Below, piece by piece: positions 7,847-17,522 of a stretch of 58,657 nucleotides of DNA; position 1 is the first letter of the stretch, and each line of letters starts with the position of its first letter. The stretch comes from an uncultured Candidatus Saccharibacteria bacterium (GTDB lineage: Bacteria > Patescibacteriota > Minisyncoccia > Phycocordibacterales > JACNGX01), in contig CAZULS010000002.1 in NCBI GenBank assembly GCA_964621395.1, positions 236,252-294,908 of the forward strand. Direction: 5' to 3'. The position numbers were made by a program, and so were the translations under genes. Under the pieces are notes generated by a model. That model made no database searches and was not told where the DNA came from. It saw nothing but the letters and a program-made list of their open reading frames with translations.

Positions 7847-10492
7847 TTACTTCTTAATTCTCTTCTTGAGTTCCTTCTTCAAATATTTTCCCGTGTGTGA
7901 TTTCTCACTCGCAGCTACGTCTTCGGGCGTGCCTTTTGCCACGATGGTACCGCCACCTTCGCCTCCTTCAGGACCCATATCGACGAGAAAGTCGACGGAT
8001 TTAATCACGTCCATATTGTGCTCAATGGTAATCACCGTATTACCGCGCTTCACAAGCTCGTCGAGGATTCCAATCAATTTACGCACGTCTTCATAATGGA
8101 GGCCGACGGTCGGCTCATCGAGAAGATACACCGTCTTCTCCGTATGCGGACGATACAGCTCTGAAGAAATCTTCACGCGCTGCGCTTCCCCACCTGAAAG
8201 CGTCGTTGCCGATTGTCCAAGTTCGAGATATCCCAAGCCCACATCTACCAGCGTCTTCAATCGATCATAAATTGCCGGAATGTCAACGAAAAAGTCGGTT
8301 GCTTCCTCTACCGTCATGGAAAGCACATCGGTAATGCTTTTCTTCTTGTATTTCACCTCCAGTGTCTCTTTATCAAAACGCTTCCCGCCACAGACATCAC
8401 ACGTCACATACACCGTGGGCAAGAAATGCATTTCCACGGCAATGACACCATTTCCCTGGCACGCTTCACAGCGTCCGCCACCGCGCTCATTGGGCACATT
8501 AAATGAGAAGCGCCCGGATTTCCATCCGCGAATACGCGCTTCTTCCGTTGAGGCAAAAAGATCACGGATGTGGGTGAATGCGCCGGTATAGGTTGCCGGA
8601 TTGGAGCGCGGTGTGCGTCCGATGGGCGATTGATCAATCAAAATACTGCGCGAGACATATTCCGCTCCCTCAAATGACGCACAATTGTACACATCATTAC
8701 TGCGATATTTCTTCTCAAAGCGTGCACGAAGATTCTGATACAAAATCTCATGCATGAGCGACGACTTCCCCGATCCGGACACGCCGGTAATTGCCACAAA
8801 GCGCCCGAGCGGAATATCGAGTGAGAGATTTTTAATATTAAAGACCTTCCCACCGCGAATTTTAAGCGCACCTTTATTACTATCCCTGCGCTTCTCGGGC
8901 ACGGGGATGAGTTTTTCACCGCGGAGATATGAAAGGGTCTCTGATTTGGAAGGATTGGTTTTTGCTGAAAGGAGTTTGTCGAGATAGCCGGAAACAACAA
9001 CATCACCCCCGCGCACGCCGGCACCCGGCCCAATATCCACGATATAGTCGGAAGCAAAAATAGTATCTTCATCGTGCTCAACAACGAGAATGGTATTGCC
9101 CAGATCACGGAGATGCTTCAGTGTGTGAATGAGACGGTCATTATCACGCTGATGGAGGCCGATGGTCGGCTCATCAAGCACATACAGCGCACCCACAAGC
9201 TGACTGCCGAGCTGTGAAGCAAGACGAATGCGCTGTGCCTCTCCGCCTGAGAGCGTATTGGCACGGCGATCAAGCGTGAGATAATCCAAGCCTACATCAA
9301 GAAGAAATTGCAGACGATGCTCAATTTCTTTGAGGATGACCTTGGCGATTTCGTGCTCACGTTTGCTCAGCTTGAGCTCAATGAAGAAATCGGCGGCATC
9401 ACGTACCGACATAGCCGTAAGCTCCACGATATTCACCCCTATATCTTTTTTCTTCCCTTTATTTTTATTTGCTGTGCCCGGTTTTGGGTCCCCTAATGTG
9501 ACATGAAGCGCCTCTTGTCGCAGTCTGGCGCCATGGCACACTTCACACAGCTCTGTGCCAAATGCGTATTTCGTCCCCAATCCATTACATGCCGGACACG
9601 CACCATAAGGTGAATTGAATGAAAAGAGGCGTGGCTCAATTTCCGGATACGAAAAGCCATCATGCGGGCAGGCAAAGGTAGCCGAAAGAAGCGTCGTCTT
9701 CTCTCCGATACGGATACGCACCGAACCATCAGATTCCACAAGCGCGCGCTCCACCGCCTCAGCCATGCGTTCGCGTGTCGTTTTAGGGTCGGAATCAAAA
9801 TCAAGGAGATCAATCGTGTCTACCACGACATCAATTTCGTGTTTTTTCGTTTTGGTGAGGGTGATATTGTCGCGCAAACTCTTTTTCTCTCCATCCACGC
9901 GCACATGGGAAAATCCTTTGCCGAGAAGATCATAGAGGAGCTGATAGTGTTCGCCCTTGCGTCCGCGCACCACGGGCGCGCCGAGCTCCACGCCGAGTGA
10001 TTCATATGCCACGCCCATAACCTCTTTCGTATTTTTCTTCGCCTCCTTTTGCGCTGCTTTCACTTCTTTCAAAACAAAATTGATGATTTCATCCGGCGAC
10101 AATCGCTCAATCACCCTGCCACACACAAGACAATGCGGTTTGCCCACACGCGCATACAGCACGCGGAGGTAGTCGTATATTTCTGTGATGGTTGCCACCG
10201 TTGAACGCGGATTATTTGAACGGCTCTTCTGATCAATGGAAATAGCCGGCGAAAGCCCCACAATTTCATCAACATCCGGCTTCTGCATCTGACGAAGAAA
10301 TTGTCGCGCATATGCCGAAAGCGATTCCACATAGCGCCTCTGACCTTCGGCAAAAATCGTATCAAACGCCAAAGACGACTTTCCCGATCCGGAAAGCCCT
10401 GTGAAGACGACCATGGTATTGCGTGGCATTTCCACGGTAATATCCTTGAGATTATGGGTTCGCGCCCCTTTGACGATGATTTTTTCTTCCAT
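7847..10492 (-). CDS. uvrA: excinuclease ABC subunit A
   Basis: 881 aa with two ABC ATPase modules ([26 protein letters not shown] twice) and zinc-finger cysteines. Confidence 0.97.
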   Translation of the reverse strand: MEEKIIVKGARTHNLKDITVEMPRNTMVVFTGLSGSGKSSLAFDTIFAEGQRRYVESLSAYARQFLRQMQKPDVDEIVGLSPAISIDQKSRSNNPRSTVATITEIYDYLRVLYARVGKPHCLVCGRVIERLSPDEIINFVLKEVKAAQKEAKKNTKEVMGVAYESLGVELGAPVVRGRKGEHYQLLYDLLGKGFSHVRVDGEKKSLRDNITLTKTKKHEIDVVVDTIDLLDFDSDPKTTRERMAEAVERALVESDGSVRIRIGEKTTLLSATFACPHDGFSYPEIEPRLFSFNSPYGACPACNGLGTKYAFGTELCEVCHGARLRQEALHVTLGDPKPGTANKNKGKKKDIGVNIVELTAMSVRDAADFFIELKLSKREHEIAKVILKEIEHRLQFLLDVGLDYLTLDRRANTLSGGEAQRIRLASQLGSQLVGALYVLDEPTIGLHQRDNDRLIHTLKHLRDLGNTILVVEHDEDTIFASDYIVDIGPGAGVRGGDVVVSGYLDKLLSAKTNPSKSETLSYLRGEKLIPVPEKRRDSNKGALKIRGGKVFNIKNLSLDIPLGRFVAITGVSGSGKSSLMHEILYQNLRARFEKKYRSNDVYNCASFEGAEYVSRSILIDQSPIGRTPRSNPATYTGAFTHIRDLFASTEEARIRGWKSGRFSFNVPNERGGGRCEACQGNGVIAVEMHFLPTVYVTCDVCGGKRFDKETLEVKYKKKSITDVLSMTVEEATDFFVDIPAIYDRLKTLVDVGLGYLELGQSATTLSGGEAQRVKISSELYRPHTEKTVYLLDEPTVGLHYEDVRKLIGILDELVKRGNTVITIEHNMDVIKSVDFLVDMGPEGGEGGGTIVAKGTPEDVAASEKSHTGKYLKKELKKRIKK

Positions 10493-10511
10493 ACGCTAGG
10501 AGATTGAGGGT

Positions 10512-10544
10512 GCCTAAAACATGATAAATCATGTTCGGCCACAG
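10512..10544 (-). repeat. S-hairpin repeat
   Basis: GCCTAAAACATGATAAATCATGTTCGGCCACAG. Confidence 0.65.
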
Positions 10545-10604
10545 TAGGAGATTAAAAGTTACATATGCCTATAGCATCGCGAGCGATGCTCGGCCACGTA
10601 AGAG

Positions 10605-10652
10605 CCGCCAAAGTTACGCTTTGGCAGAATTGCCAAAGCGTAACTTTGGCGG
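10605..10652. repeat. 48-bp compound palindrome of the CCAAAG..CTTTGG class
   Basis: CCGCCAAAGTTACGCTTTGGCAG-AAT-TGCCAAAGCGTAACTTTGGCGG. A half-copy lies at 39196-39218. Confidence 0.85.
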
Positions 10653-10840
10653 CTCCGCCCATACACACCATACCACCCCGCGCTTTGTGCATGGGGTGTA
10701 TAGAGAACCATTCTTGCAGGTCTCGTGTATACTAGTATAGACGAAATGTTTGAGATGCGCTCTATTGACATAAAATACACATCATGTACTATCGTGGTAG
10801 CATTTCTTTTCAATTTCATTCACCGAAAAACAACCCGACA

Positions 10841-11629
10841 ATGAAAAAACTATTCTCTTTCTTGATTCTGGTTTCGTCTGTCATAATCATCAGTTGCAAT
10901 AAAGTTGAATGGGAGACAACCGTAAGCCCCAAAAATACAACTTACACATACTTCATAACTGAAGATTACAGTGTTGAAATTAAAAAAGATTCCGTAAACA
11001 CTCTTATCTATGTCCGAGACGGAAAACGAGCGGAGCGGATATCTTACTCTCGGGGTCCATTGGGCGAAATTCGTTCACTTCTTCTCTGTACAAGAGAAAA
11101 AGGAGAGCGGTTTGAGGTAAAGTTAAGTGAGAAAAATGATCTTCTTCGTACAAAAAGATTCTTCTCTGTTCTCAAACACGCCCCCGAAGATGTTCGGAAA
11201 ATCATGGACATTTACTATGCGCGTCAGAAATACGGCGCCGGTTTCTGGTATAGAAAAAAGTGGGGTAACGGTGGACGGTATTATCGCTACGAAAAAGAAC
11301 TTCAAGGACACAATGGTAGTGACTTTGTAGCGTACAGTTTTTCCATTGACCCTGACGGTCGGATTAAGATAGACGCTCAACAATATGCCAGCATTCAATA
11401 TATTAGTTTCGCTATTGATGCGGATAATCTGAACTTTCTTCTAGCCGCGGAATATACAGAAAAGAGCGACTTTGCTGGTTTTGGTGAATACCGTTCTTAT
11501 CCCACAAAAGAAACCGATCTACTCATGAAAGAAGAATTCACGGAGGCACTTGAAAAGCTTCCAGAAGAAGCAAATGAGGTTTTAGGCGCATACAAAAAGT
11601 ACCTTGCACTGATGGGGTATGAAGATTGA
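10841..11629 (+). CDS. hypothetical lipoprotein
   Basis: The internal Met start gives MKKLFSFLILVSSVIIISCNK, a lipobox-like signal. TTGACA at 10765 lies upstream. The track ORF begins at 10784. Confidence 0.55.
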   Translation: MKKLFSFLILVSSVIIISCNKVEWETTVSPKNTTYTYFITEDYSVEIKKDSVNTLIYVRDGKRAERISYSRGPLGEIRSLLLCTREKGERFEVKLSEKNDLLRTKRFFSVLKHAPEDVRKIMDIYYARQKYGAGFWYRKKWGNGGRYYRYEKELQGHNGSDFVAYSFSIDPDGRIKIDAQQYASIQYISFAIDADNLNFLLAAEYTEKSDFAGFGEYRSYPTKETDLLMKEEFTEALEKLPEEANEVLGAYKKYLALMGYED

Positions 11630-11676
11630 TTCACAACACCGGCAGCCCCGGTGCTTTTTTGTGGCAAAATGACGGA

Positions 11677-11702
11677 GATTCCCGCTCGGAGGCGGGAATG
11701 AC
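11677..11702 (-). repeat. GTCAT hairpin (CCCGC stem class)
   Basis: The rc reads GTCATTCCCGCCTCCGAGCGGGAATC. Confidence 0.7.
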
Positions 11703-11718
11703 AGTGGAAAGTAATATG

Positions 11719-11861
11719 CTGTCACCAAGCACCAAACTTATGACTGAGATGGCACAGAGAACATTAAGAAGTAAAATCACTGAGGATGACATACCAGATT
11801 TCCAAACACATAGGTTTGGTGCTCAGTCTCGAGCGAGTTGTTTCGGAAAGTGGATTGCGGA
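11719..11861 (+). repeat. M140 module, copy a
   Basis: CTGTCACCAAGCACCAAAC..CATAGGTTTGGTGCTC..GTTTCGGAAAGTGGATTGCGGA. Other copies at 14399, 35023 and 56500. Confidence 0.8.
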
Positions 11862-11913
11862 CAAAACCAAAGACTATCTTTGGTATACATACCAAAGATA
11901 GTCTTTGGTTTTG
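11862..11913. repeat. P52 compound palindrome, copy 2 (centre AC)
   Basis: Same 24-bp arms as copy 1. Confidence 0.9.
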
Positions 11914-12029
11914 CAAGATCCCGCATTCCAGCCCCACATTTATGATTCTGAAAAGTCTATGGTACTCACCAGTAGTATTACTGCTGAGTTGGGCATGTAC
12001 ATTCTCGTGCTCACCAATGTGGGGTTGGA

Positions 12030-12131
12030 CGGGATGACAAGAATATACATTCTGGAGAGACAACGTTGGAGCAACGTTGTTCCAACGTTACCTTGAAAAC
12101 AATGCGCGAGCGTGAGCCCGCGCATTGTTTT
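12030..12131. repeat. composite 3' flank of uvrB (GTCAT remnant, N35 module, CAATGCGCG hairpin terminator)
   Basis: Module-for-module similar to 7690-7826 downstream of uvrA. Confidence 0.65.
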
Positions 12132-12180
12132 CCTTTTTAGTGTTTAATCTTCCAACTTTTAATCTCATTACTTATATCGT

Positions 12181-14244
12181 TTATCGTTCGCTCTTTTTCC
12201 CCTTGCTTCGTGCTTCGTGAACCGTGCTTCGTTCCTTTAATATTTTTATCTCATCCCGCAAAATTGCTGCTGTTTCAAAGTCGAGAATTTTTACGGCTTC
12301 TGCCATTTCTGTTTCTTTGCGCTTGATCAAGCGTTTCGGGTCTTTTGCAAACGCCACCTCATCGGCTTCCACATTCGCACGCACCGCTTTTTCACGATCA
12401 CTTTCAAGTGCTTCGGTGATATCATGAATCTTTTTCCGAATCGTCTGCGGTGTGATGCCGTGCTCTTCATTGTATGCAAGCTGCAGAGAGCGGCGACGTT
12501 TCGTTTCTTCAAGAGCGCTATTCATTGAATTGGTTATGGTGTCGGCATAGAGAATCACCCGTCCATCAACATTACGCGCAGCACGGCCAATCGTTTGTAC
12601 AAGCGCTGTCTCACTGCGCAAAAATCCTTCCTTATCAGCATCCAAAATACCAATGAAGGTTACTTCCGGCAAATCCAAGCCCTCGCGCAAGAGATTTACT
12701 CCCACCAGACAATCAAATCCCCCTCCCTTCTTTCCCTTGCGGAATTCGGTCAGAATTTTAATGCGGTCAATTGTCTTTACATCGCTGTGGAGATATTCCG
12801 CCGAAATACCTTCCTCTTTGAGAAATGTGGAAAGGTCCTCGGCCATACGCTTGGTTAAGGTATTTGCAATAACGCGATTGCCTTTACCGATTTCTTTTTT
12901 CGCTTCCTCAATAAAATCTTTAATCTGTCCGGGATATTCCCCTTTTTCCACCACACCGCGCACCGATACATCAGGATCAACCAATCCTGTCGGGCGAATA
13001 ATTTGCTCCACCACCTGCTCGGATACTTCCTCTTCATACGGCCCCGGTGTGGCAGATGTGTAGACCACGCTCCCTACCCGCTCTTTGAATTCTTCAAAGC
13101 GAAGTGGACGATTATCGAGTGCCGAAGGGAGTCTGAAACCATATTCAACAAGATTTTCCTTGCGTGAACGATCGCCGGCATACATACCATTGAGCTGTGG
13201 AATGGTCATGTGTGATTCATCAATGATGGTGAGAAAATCAGGCTCGCCGTTCTTCGTCTTGGGAAAATACGAAAGCAATGTATCGGGCGCTTCACCTTCT
13301 TTTTTACCGGAAAGATGACGCGAGTAATTCTCAATACCATTACAGTATCCCACTTCGCGAATCATTGCCAAATCTTGATTGGTGCGGCGCTTGAGTCGAT
13401 CGGCATCGAGCTCTCGCCCTTCTTTTTTGAGCTCTTTTAAGCGTTTCTCCAACTCCTTCTTAATATTTTCAAGTGCACGTTTGCGTACCTCACTATCTGC
13501 GAGAAAGTGTTTTGCCGGAAAGAGGAAGAATTCCTCCAGGTCTTCAAGAGTAACCCCGCTTGTCGGATCAATCGTGATAATTCTTTCAAGAACATTGCCG
13601 GAAAGCTCAAGCCGATACATCACGCGCTCCGATACCGGCATGATTTCAATCACATTACCAATGACCCGAAATTGCCCGGGCGAAAGATCGGCATTGGTGC
13701 GTTCATAAAAAATGCGCACCAATTCCCCCATGAATTCTTTGCGCACGATATTCATGCCCTTTTTGATACGCAGATGTTCTTTCTCATATTCTTCTGGACT
13801 TCCCAAACCATAAATACACGACACCGATGCCACGATAATTACGTCTTTGCGCGAGAGAAGTGCTTGTGTGGAAGCATGGCGGAGTCGATCGATTTCTTCA
13901 TTCACTTGTGCATCTTTTTCAATATAGGTATCCGATGAAGGCATGTATGCCTCGGGGCGATAAAAATCATAATACGAGACAAAATAGTGCACGGCATTGT
14001 CGGGGAAAAATTCTTTAAACTCTTGCGCGAGCTGGGCGGCGAGCGTTTTATTATGTGCAATAACAAGCGTCGGCTTCCCTATCTTTTCAATCACATTCGC
14101 CACGGTGAATGTTTTCCCTGAGCCGGTCACACCAAGTAAAGTTTGATGACGCAAACCTTTTTTCATACCCTTCACCAGTCCTTCAATTGCCTTGGGCTGA
14201 TCCCCCGCGGGCGTAAAATCTCCTTTGAGCGTGAGCTTATTCAT
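12181..14244 (-). CDS. uvrB: excinuclease ABC subunit B
   Basis: Helicase motifs (GVTGSGKT, DESH) and a C-terminal UVR motif. The start was moved to MNKLTLKG, which matches the usual UvrB N-terminus; the track ORF runs to 14262. Confidence 0.96.
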   Translation of the reverse strand: MNKLTLKGDFTPAGDQPKAIEGLVKGMKKGLRHQTLLGVTGSGKTFTVANVIEKIGKPTLVIAHNKTLAAQLAQEFKEFFPDNAVHYFVSYYDFYRPEAYMPSSDTYIEKDAQVNEEIDRLRHASTQALLSRKDVIIVASVSCIYGLGSPEEYEKEHLRIKKGMNIVRKEFMGELVRIFYERTNADLSPGQFRVIGNVIEIMPVSERVMYRLELSGNVLERIITIDPTSGVTLEDLEEFFLFPAKHFLADSEVRKRALENIKKELEKRLKELKKEGRELDADRLKRRTNQDLAMIREVGYCNGIENYSRHLSGKKEGEAPDTLLSYFPKTKNGEPDFLTIIDESHMTIPQLNGMYAGDRSRKENLVEYGFRLPSALDNRPLRFEEFKERVGSVVYTSATPGPYEEEVSEQVVEQIIRPTGLVDPDVSVRGVVEKGEYPGQIKDFIEEAKKEIGKGNRVIANTLTKRMAEDLSTFLKEEGISAEYLHSDVKTIDRIKILTEFRKGKKGGGFDCLVGVNLLREGLDLPEVTFIGILDADKEGFLRSETALVQTIGRAARNVDGRVILYADTITNSMNSALEETKRRRSLQLAYNEEHGITPQTIRKKIHDITEALESDREKAVRANVEADEVAFAKDPKRLIKRKETEMAEAVKILDFETAAILRDEIKILKERSTVHEARSKGKKSER

Positions 14245-14318
14245 GTGGGTATACTGTAGCATAAAATGAGGAGATTAGGAGATTAAAGGTTAAGAATTAA
14301 CAGCACACTCTTTTTAGT

Positions 14319-14343
14319 GTCATCCCGCACTTGATGCGGGATC
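14319..14343 (+). repeat. GTCAT hairpin (CCCGCA stem class)
   Basis: GTCATCCCGCACTTGATGCGGGATC. Confidence 0.8.
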
Positions 14344-14346
14344 TTG

Positions 14347-14398
14347 CAAAACCAAAGACTATCTTTGGTATACATACCAAAGATAGTCTTTGGTTTTG
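14347..14398. repeat. P52 compound palindrome, copy 3 (centre AC)
   Basis: Same arms as the other P52 copies. Confidence 0.9.
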
Positions 14399-14535
14399 TT
14401 CCACTTTCCGAAACAACTCGCTCGAGACTGAGCACCAAACCTATGTGTTTGGAAATCTGGTATGTCATCCTCAGTGATTTTACTTCTTAACGTCCTCTGT
14501 GCCATCTCAGTCATAAGTTTAGTGCTTGGTGACAG
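14399..14535 (-). repeat. M140 module, copy b
   Basis: Reverse complement of the 11719-11861 family. Confidence 0.8.
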
Positions 14536-14611
14536 GAGTTGGAGTATGGAATGACAAAAAGAGTATAGGGACAAAAAAACGGCGCTCGCTTACGCTCGCG
14601 CCTTCTTTACG

Positions 14612-14965
14612 CTACTTTTCCGTTTTCTCCTTTTTCATCTTATCAAGTCTTGCACTGACTTTCAGATAAAAATCTTTATTGAAGATGCAGTCCAGTGCTC
14701 CTGATTTTTCAAGCTCATTCAATTTCCCGAAAAAAGCGTCAATGTTTCCCTTGGCACACTCAACCAATCGCTTATCTTCGTCGTCGTTTATCGACAATTT
14801 TGCTTTTTTCATTGCTTTTTCCGCATCGCAATCAACGACCGGAAATGCTTCTTTGTCGGAGACTTCGAGTTTCTTCCCCGTTGTTTCCTCAACGATTTTG
14901 TCGACTTCCTCCACTGTCCCAGGGACTTTTTTTCCTGTCAGTTTCTCAAAAATTTTTCCTGCCAT
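14612..14965 (-). CDS. hypothetical Lys/Glu-rich protein
   Basis: 117-aa ORF in a repeat-free stretch. Confidence 0.5.
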   Translation of the reverse strand: MAGKIFEKLTGKKVPGTVEEVDKIVEETTGKKLEVSDKEAFPVVDCDAEKAMKKAKLSINDDEDKRLVECAKGNIDAFFGKLNELEKSGALDCIFNKDFYLKVSARLDKMKKEKTEK

Positions 14966-15041
14966 AATTCCTCCTTATGAATTACAGATTATACAAACTA
15001 CTTTCAGTCTCCCATAAACCGAAGAAAAAATCAAACGAAAA

Positions 15042-16277
15042 TCACCTTGTGTATCTCTGTATAAACTTATCTTTGAATTCGGTGAATGTGCCGTTTAGAA
15101 TCGCTTCTCGTGCGTGCTTCATGAGATTGACCAGGAAATACACATTGTGAATCGATGCGAGCGTGGCGGCAAGCATTTCGCGGCTGCGAAAGAGGTGTGC
15201 GAGATATGCGCGCGGGTAATTCCGGCAAGTATAGCATCCGCACCCTTCTTCAATCGGATTCATGTCTGAAACATACTTGGCATTCCAGAGATTAATACGC
15301 CCATCTTTGGTGTAGACCATGCCGGTGCGTGCGATACGCGTGGGTCCCACGCAATCAAAAAGATCCGCGCCCTCTCCAGCGCCAATAAGCATATCAATCG
15401 GCTCACCAATCCCCAGAAGATGGCGTGGCTTCTCTTCCGGAAGACGCTCATTGACCCAGCCAACGGCAGTGTCCATATCTTCCTTCACAAATGATCCACC
15501 GATACCAAAGCCGTCGAAATCCATCTCCGCAAGGGTCTTGGCTGATTCCTTGCGCAAATTTTCAAAACGCCCACCTTGGACCACACCAAAAAGCGCTTGC
15601 GGTGCTCTTTCTCCGCGGTTGTTCTGAAGCTCACGAAATCTTTTCACGCTCCGCTCCGCCCATCGGTGTGTGCGATCCATTGCCTCTTTTTGATACTCAT
15701 ACCCGGCTGTGGGTGATGTACATTCATCAAAGGCGAATGTCATGTCCGCACCGAGAGCGTGCTGAATCTCCATGGATTTCTCCGGTGTAAAGCGATGTGC
15801 AGAGCCATCTTTATATGAGCGGAAGGTAACACCGTCTTCATCAATCTTTGCTAGTTTCCCCTCTCGTTCACGTTCATGCTCAAGCGGCGCACCCTCGGAT
15901 GTCGCTTCCTCGGCCTTGGCCACTTTCGACACGCTCGTCCCAAATGCAAAGCCCAGAGAGAAGACTTGAAAACCGCCCGAATCAGTCATGGTCGGACCTT
16001 CCCAATGCATCATTTCGCCCAGCCCGCCCATCTTCTCTACCATTGCCTCACCCGGCTCAAGATACAAATGATAGGTATTACCGAGCACCACCTGCGCGCC
16101 TGTGTCTTTCACTTGCTCCGGGGTCATCGCTTTGACTGTGCCTTTGGTGCCCACCGTCACAAAAGCCGGTGTTTCAATGGTGCCGTGCGGCGTGGAAAGC
16201 ACGCCGGCGCGCCCGAGCGCACCGGGAATCTTTTTCTCTATCGCAAACAAAAATCCTTCATGCATGTTGACAATCAT
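15042..16277 (-). CDS. tgt: queuine tRNA-ribosyltransferase
   Basis: TPAFVTVGTKGTVKAMTPEQV, LGNTYHL, and the zinc motif CGCYTCRNY..H. Confidence 0.93.
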   Translation of the reverse strand: MIVNMHEGFLFAIEKKIPGALGRAGVLSTPHGTIETPAFVTVGTKGTVKAMTPEQVKDTGAQVVLGNTYHLYLEPGEAMVEKMGGLGEMMHWEGPTMTDSGGFQVFSLGFAFGTSVSKVAKAEEATSEGAPLEHEREREGKLAKIDEDGVTFRSYKDGSAHRFTPEKSMEIQHALGADMTFAFDECTSPTAGYEYQKEAMDRTHRWAERSVKRFRELQNNRGERAPQALFGVVQGGRFENLRKESAKTLAEMDFDGFGIGGSFVKEDMDTAVGWVNERLPEEKPRHLLGIGEPIDMLIGAGEGADLFDCVGPTRIARTGMVYTKDGRINLWNAKYVSDMNPIEEGCGCYTCRNYPRAYLAHLFRSREMLAATLASIHNVYFLVNLMKHAREAILNGTFTEFKDKFIQRYTR

Positions 16278-16332
16278 AGCACATCGTGTAGTCTTTGGGG
16301 AGATGTATTTGCTTTAAACTTACGCAAACAAA

Positions 16333-16785
16333 ATGTTACATGCTATGGAGAATATCACTCTCTTGGTCCTGCAGAACACTTTGCAGAGAGAAAGTATCAT
16401 AGAGAATATAGAGGAGGGTCTTTTCTCACTTGCAAAAAGAGAAGATGTTAAGATTACAATTCGGGAAGTTAGTCTCTTCTCCAGAGCCCACGCTCAAGCC
16501 GTTGACCCGAGAAATGATGTTGAACTGATTATATGGCATCATCTCTTTGAGTCACCCATTGATGACAAGGTAAAGAACATGCAGGATGTCCTTGAGTACG
16601 GTATTCCTGTACTCTTCATACGAGAAAGGAATGAGCTGTATAAAAACAGGAATGCAAATGACAAGCTATGCAAACGACTGCAAGCATTAGACAATTTCTA
16701 CGTATGCCATATGAAAGAATACTTGGAGAACGTAGAAAACATCTTGAAAGATATTATCGGGAGAAGGCGTGAACTCCTCATGTAA
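16333..16785 (+). CDS. hypothetical protein
   Basis: 150-aa ORF followed by a terminator hairpin. Confidence 0.5.
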   Translation: MLHAMENITLLVLQNTLQRESIIENIEEGLFSLAKREDVKITIREVSLFSRAHAQAVDPRNDVELIIWHHLFESPIDDKVKNMQDVLEYGIPVLFIRERNELYKNRNANDKLCKRLQALDNFYVCHMKEYLENVENILKDIIGRRRELLM

Positions 16786-16812
16786 AAGGCGACCGTTTCG
16801 GTCGCTTTTTTT
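16784..16812 (+). terminator. rho-independent terminator candidate
   Basis: GGCGACCGTTTCGGTCGC followed by a T-run. Confidence 0.6.
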
Positions 16813-16835
16813 GCTTATATTTTATAGTTTACCGA

Positions 16836-16864
16836 GGCCGAGCATGACTTGGCATGCTTTAGGC
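16836..16864 (+). repeat. S-hairpin repeat
   Basis: GGCCGAGCATGACTTGGCATGCTTTAGGC. Confidence 0.65.
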
Positions 16865-16887
16865 TCGTTAGATGGTTTATCGCTTTC

Positions 16888-17307
16888 TCACTCCTTCAAC
16901 CAGCTCTTTGCTTCGTCGATATCGGAAAACCACCGTACACGATCGGATTTGTTTGTCATCCGAGCAAGAACACCAATCAAACTTGCCACGAAAGCATTCG
17001 CTCCTAGAAAGGCGACTTTACCGACGCGCGGATGATTCATGAGCTCGGCGTATTTTTCGCGTGATTCAGGCACCAACACTCGCATTTTTTCACCAATGCC
17101 CGCAAGATCAATCAATGCGTGGCACGTCTCGTGAGACGACTCTTCAATGAGCTTTCGTGCGTCTTCAATCACCAGTTCTGTCGCGCGAACATTATCTATC
17201 GCATCCTCCTCATTACGGAAAAAGCTCACGACAATAATTGAATTCTTGTCGTTCTCCTCCTCTTTATATACCTTGAAGCCGTCACGAAGACGTTCGTCTG
17301 TTTTCAT
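16888..17307 (-). CDS. hypothetical protein (possibly STAS/SpoIIAA-like fold)
   Basis: 139-aa ORF. The fold guess rests only on overall pattern. Confidence 0.4.
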   Translation of the reverse strand: MKTDERLRDGFKVYKEEENDKNSIIVVSFFRNEEDAIDNVRATELVIEDARKLIEESSHETCHALIDLAGIGEKMRVLVPESREKYAELMNHPRVGKVAFLGANAFVASLIGVLARMTNKSDRVRWFSDIDEAKSWLKE

Positions 17308-17309
17308 AT

Positions 17310-17522
17310 GTGTGTATAGGTGATACCATGTTCCTTATGGAACCAATCATTTTCTTTCTCATCGTTTTTTTGCCGATTCTTGCCGTGGTGCTTTTTACCC
17401 AAAACGATAATAAACACTCTCAACAAGAACCGGGCGCGCCCAATCGGAAGCATGCACGTATCATATTCGGAGTCGGCATACTTGTGCTCATTGCAATCGT
17501 TGGTTTGTATTTCTTATCCTAA
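17310..17522 (+). CDS. small two-TM membrane protein
   Basis: 70 aa with two hydrophobic helices. Confidence 0.4.
   Translation: MCIGDTMFLMEPIIFFLIVFLPILAVVLFTQNDNKHSQQEPGAPNRKHARIIFGVGILVLIAIVGLYFLS

Noticed and set aside
11626-12125. ORFs 11626-11901, 11786-12037, 11764-12063 and 11940-12125, and their look-alikes at 14283-14468, 14359-14574 and 35069-35269, could be small conserved proteins.
   Set aside because: They are translations of the M140/P52/N35 repeat modules. Identical peptides such as MTYQISKHIGLVLSLERVVSESG recur only because the DNA repeat recurs. They overlap each other in several frames.
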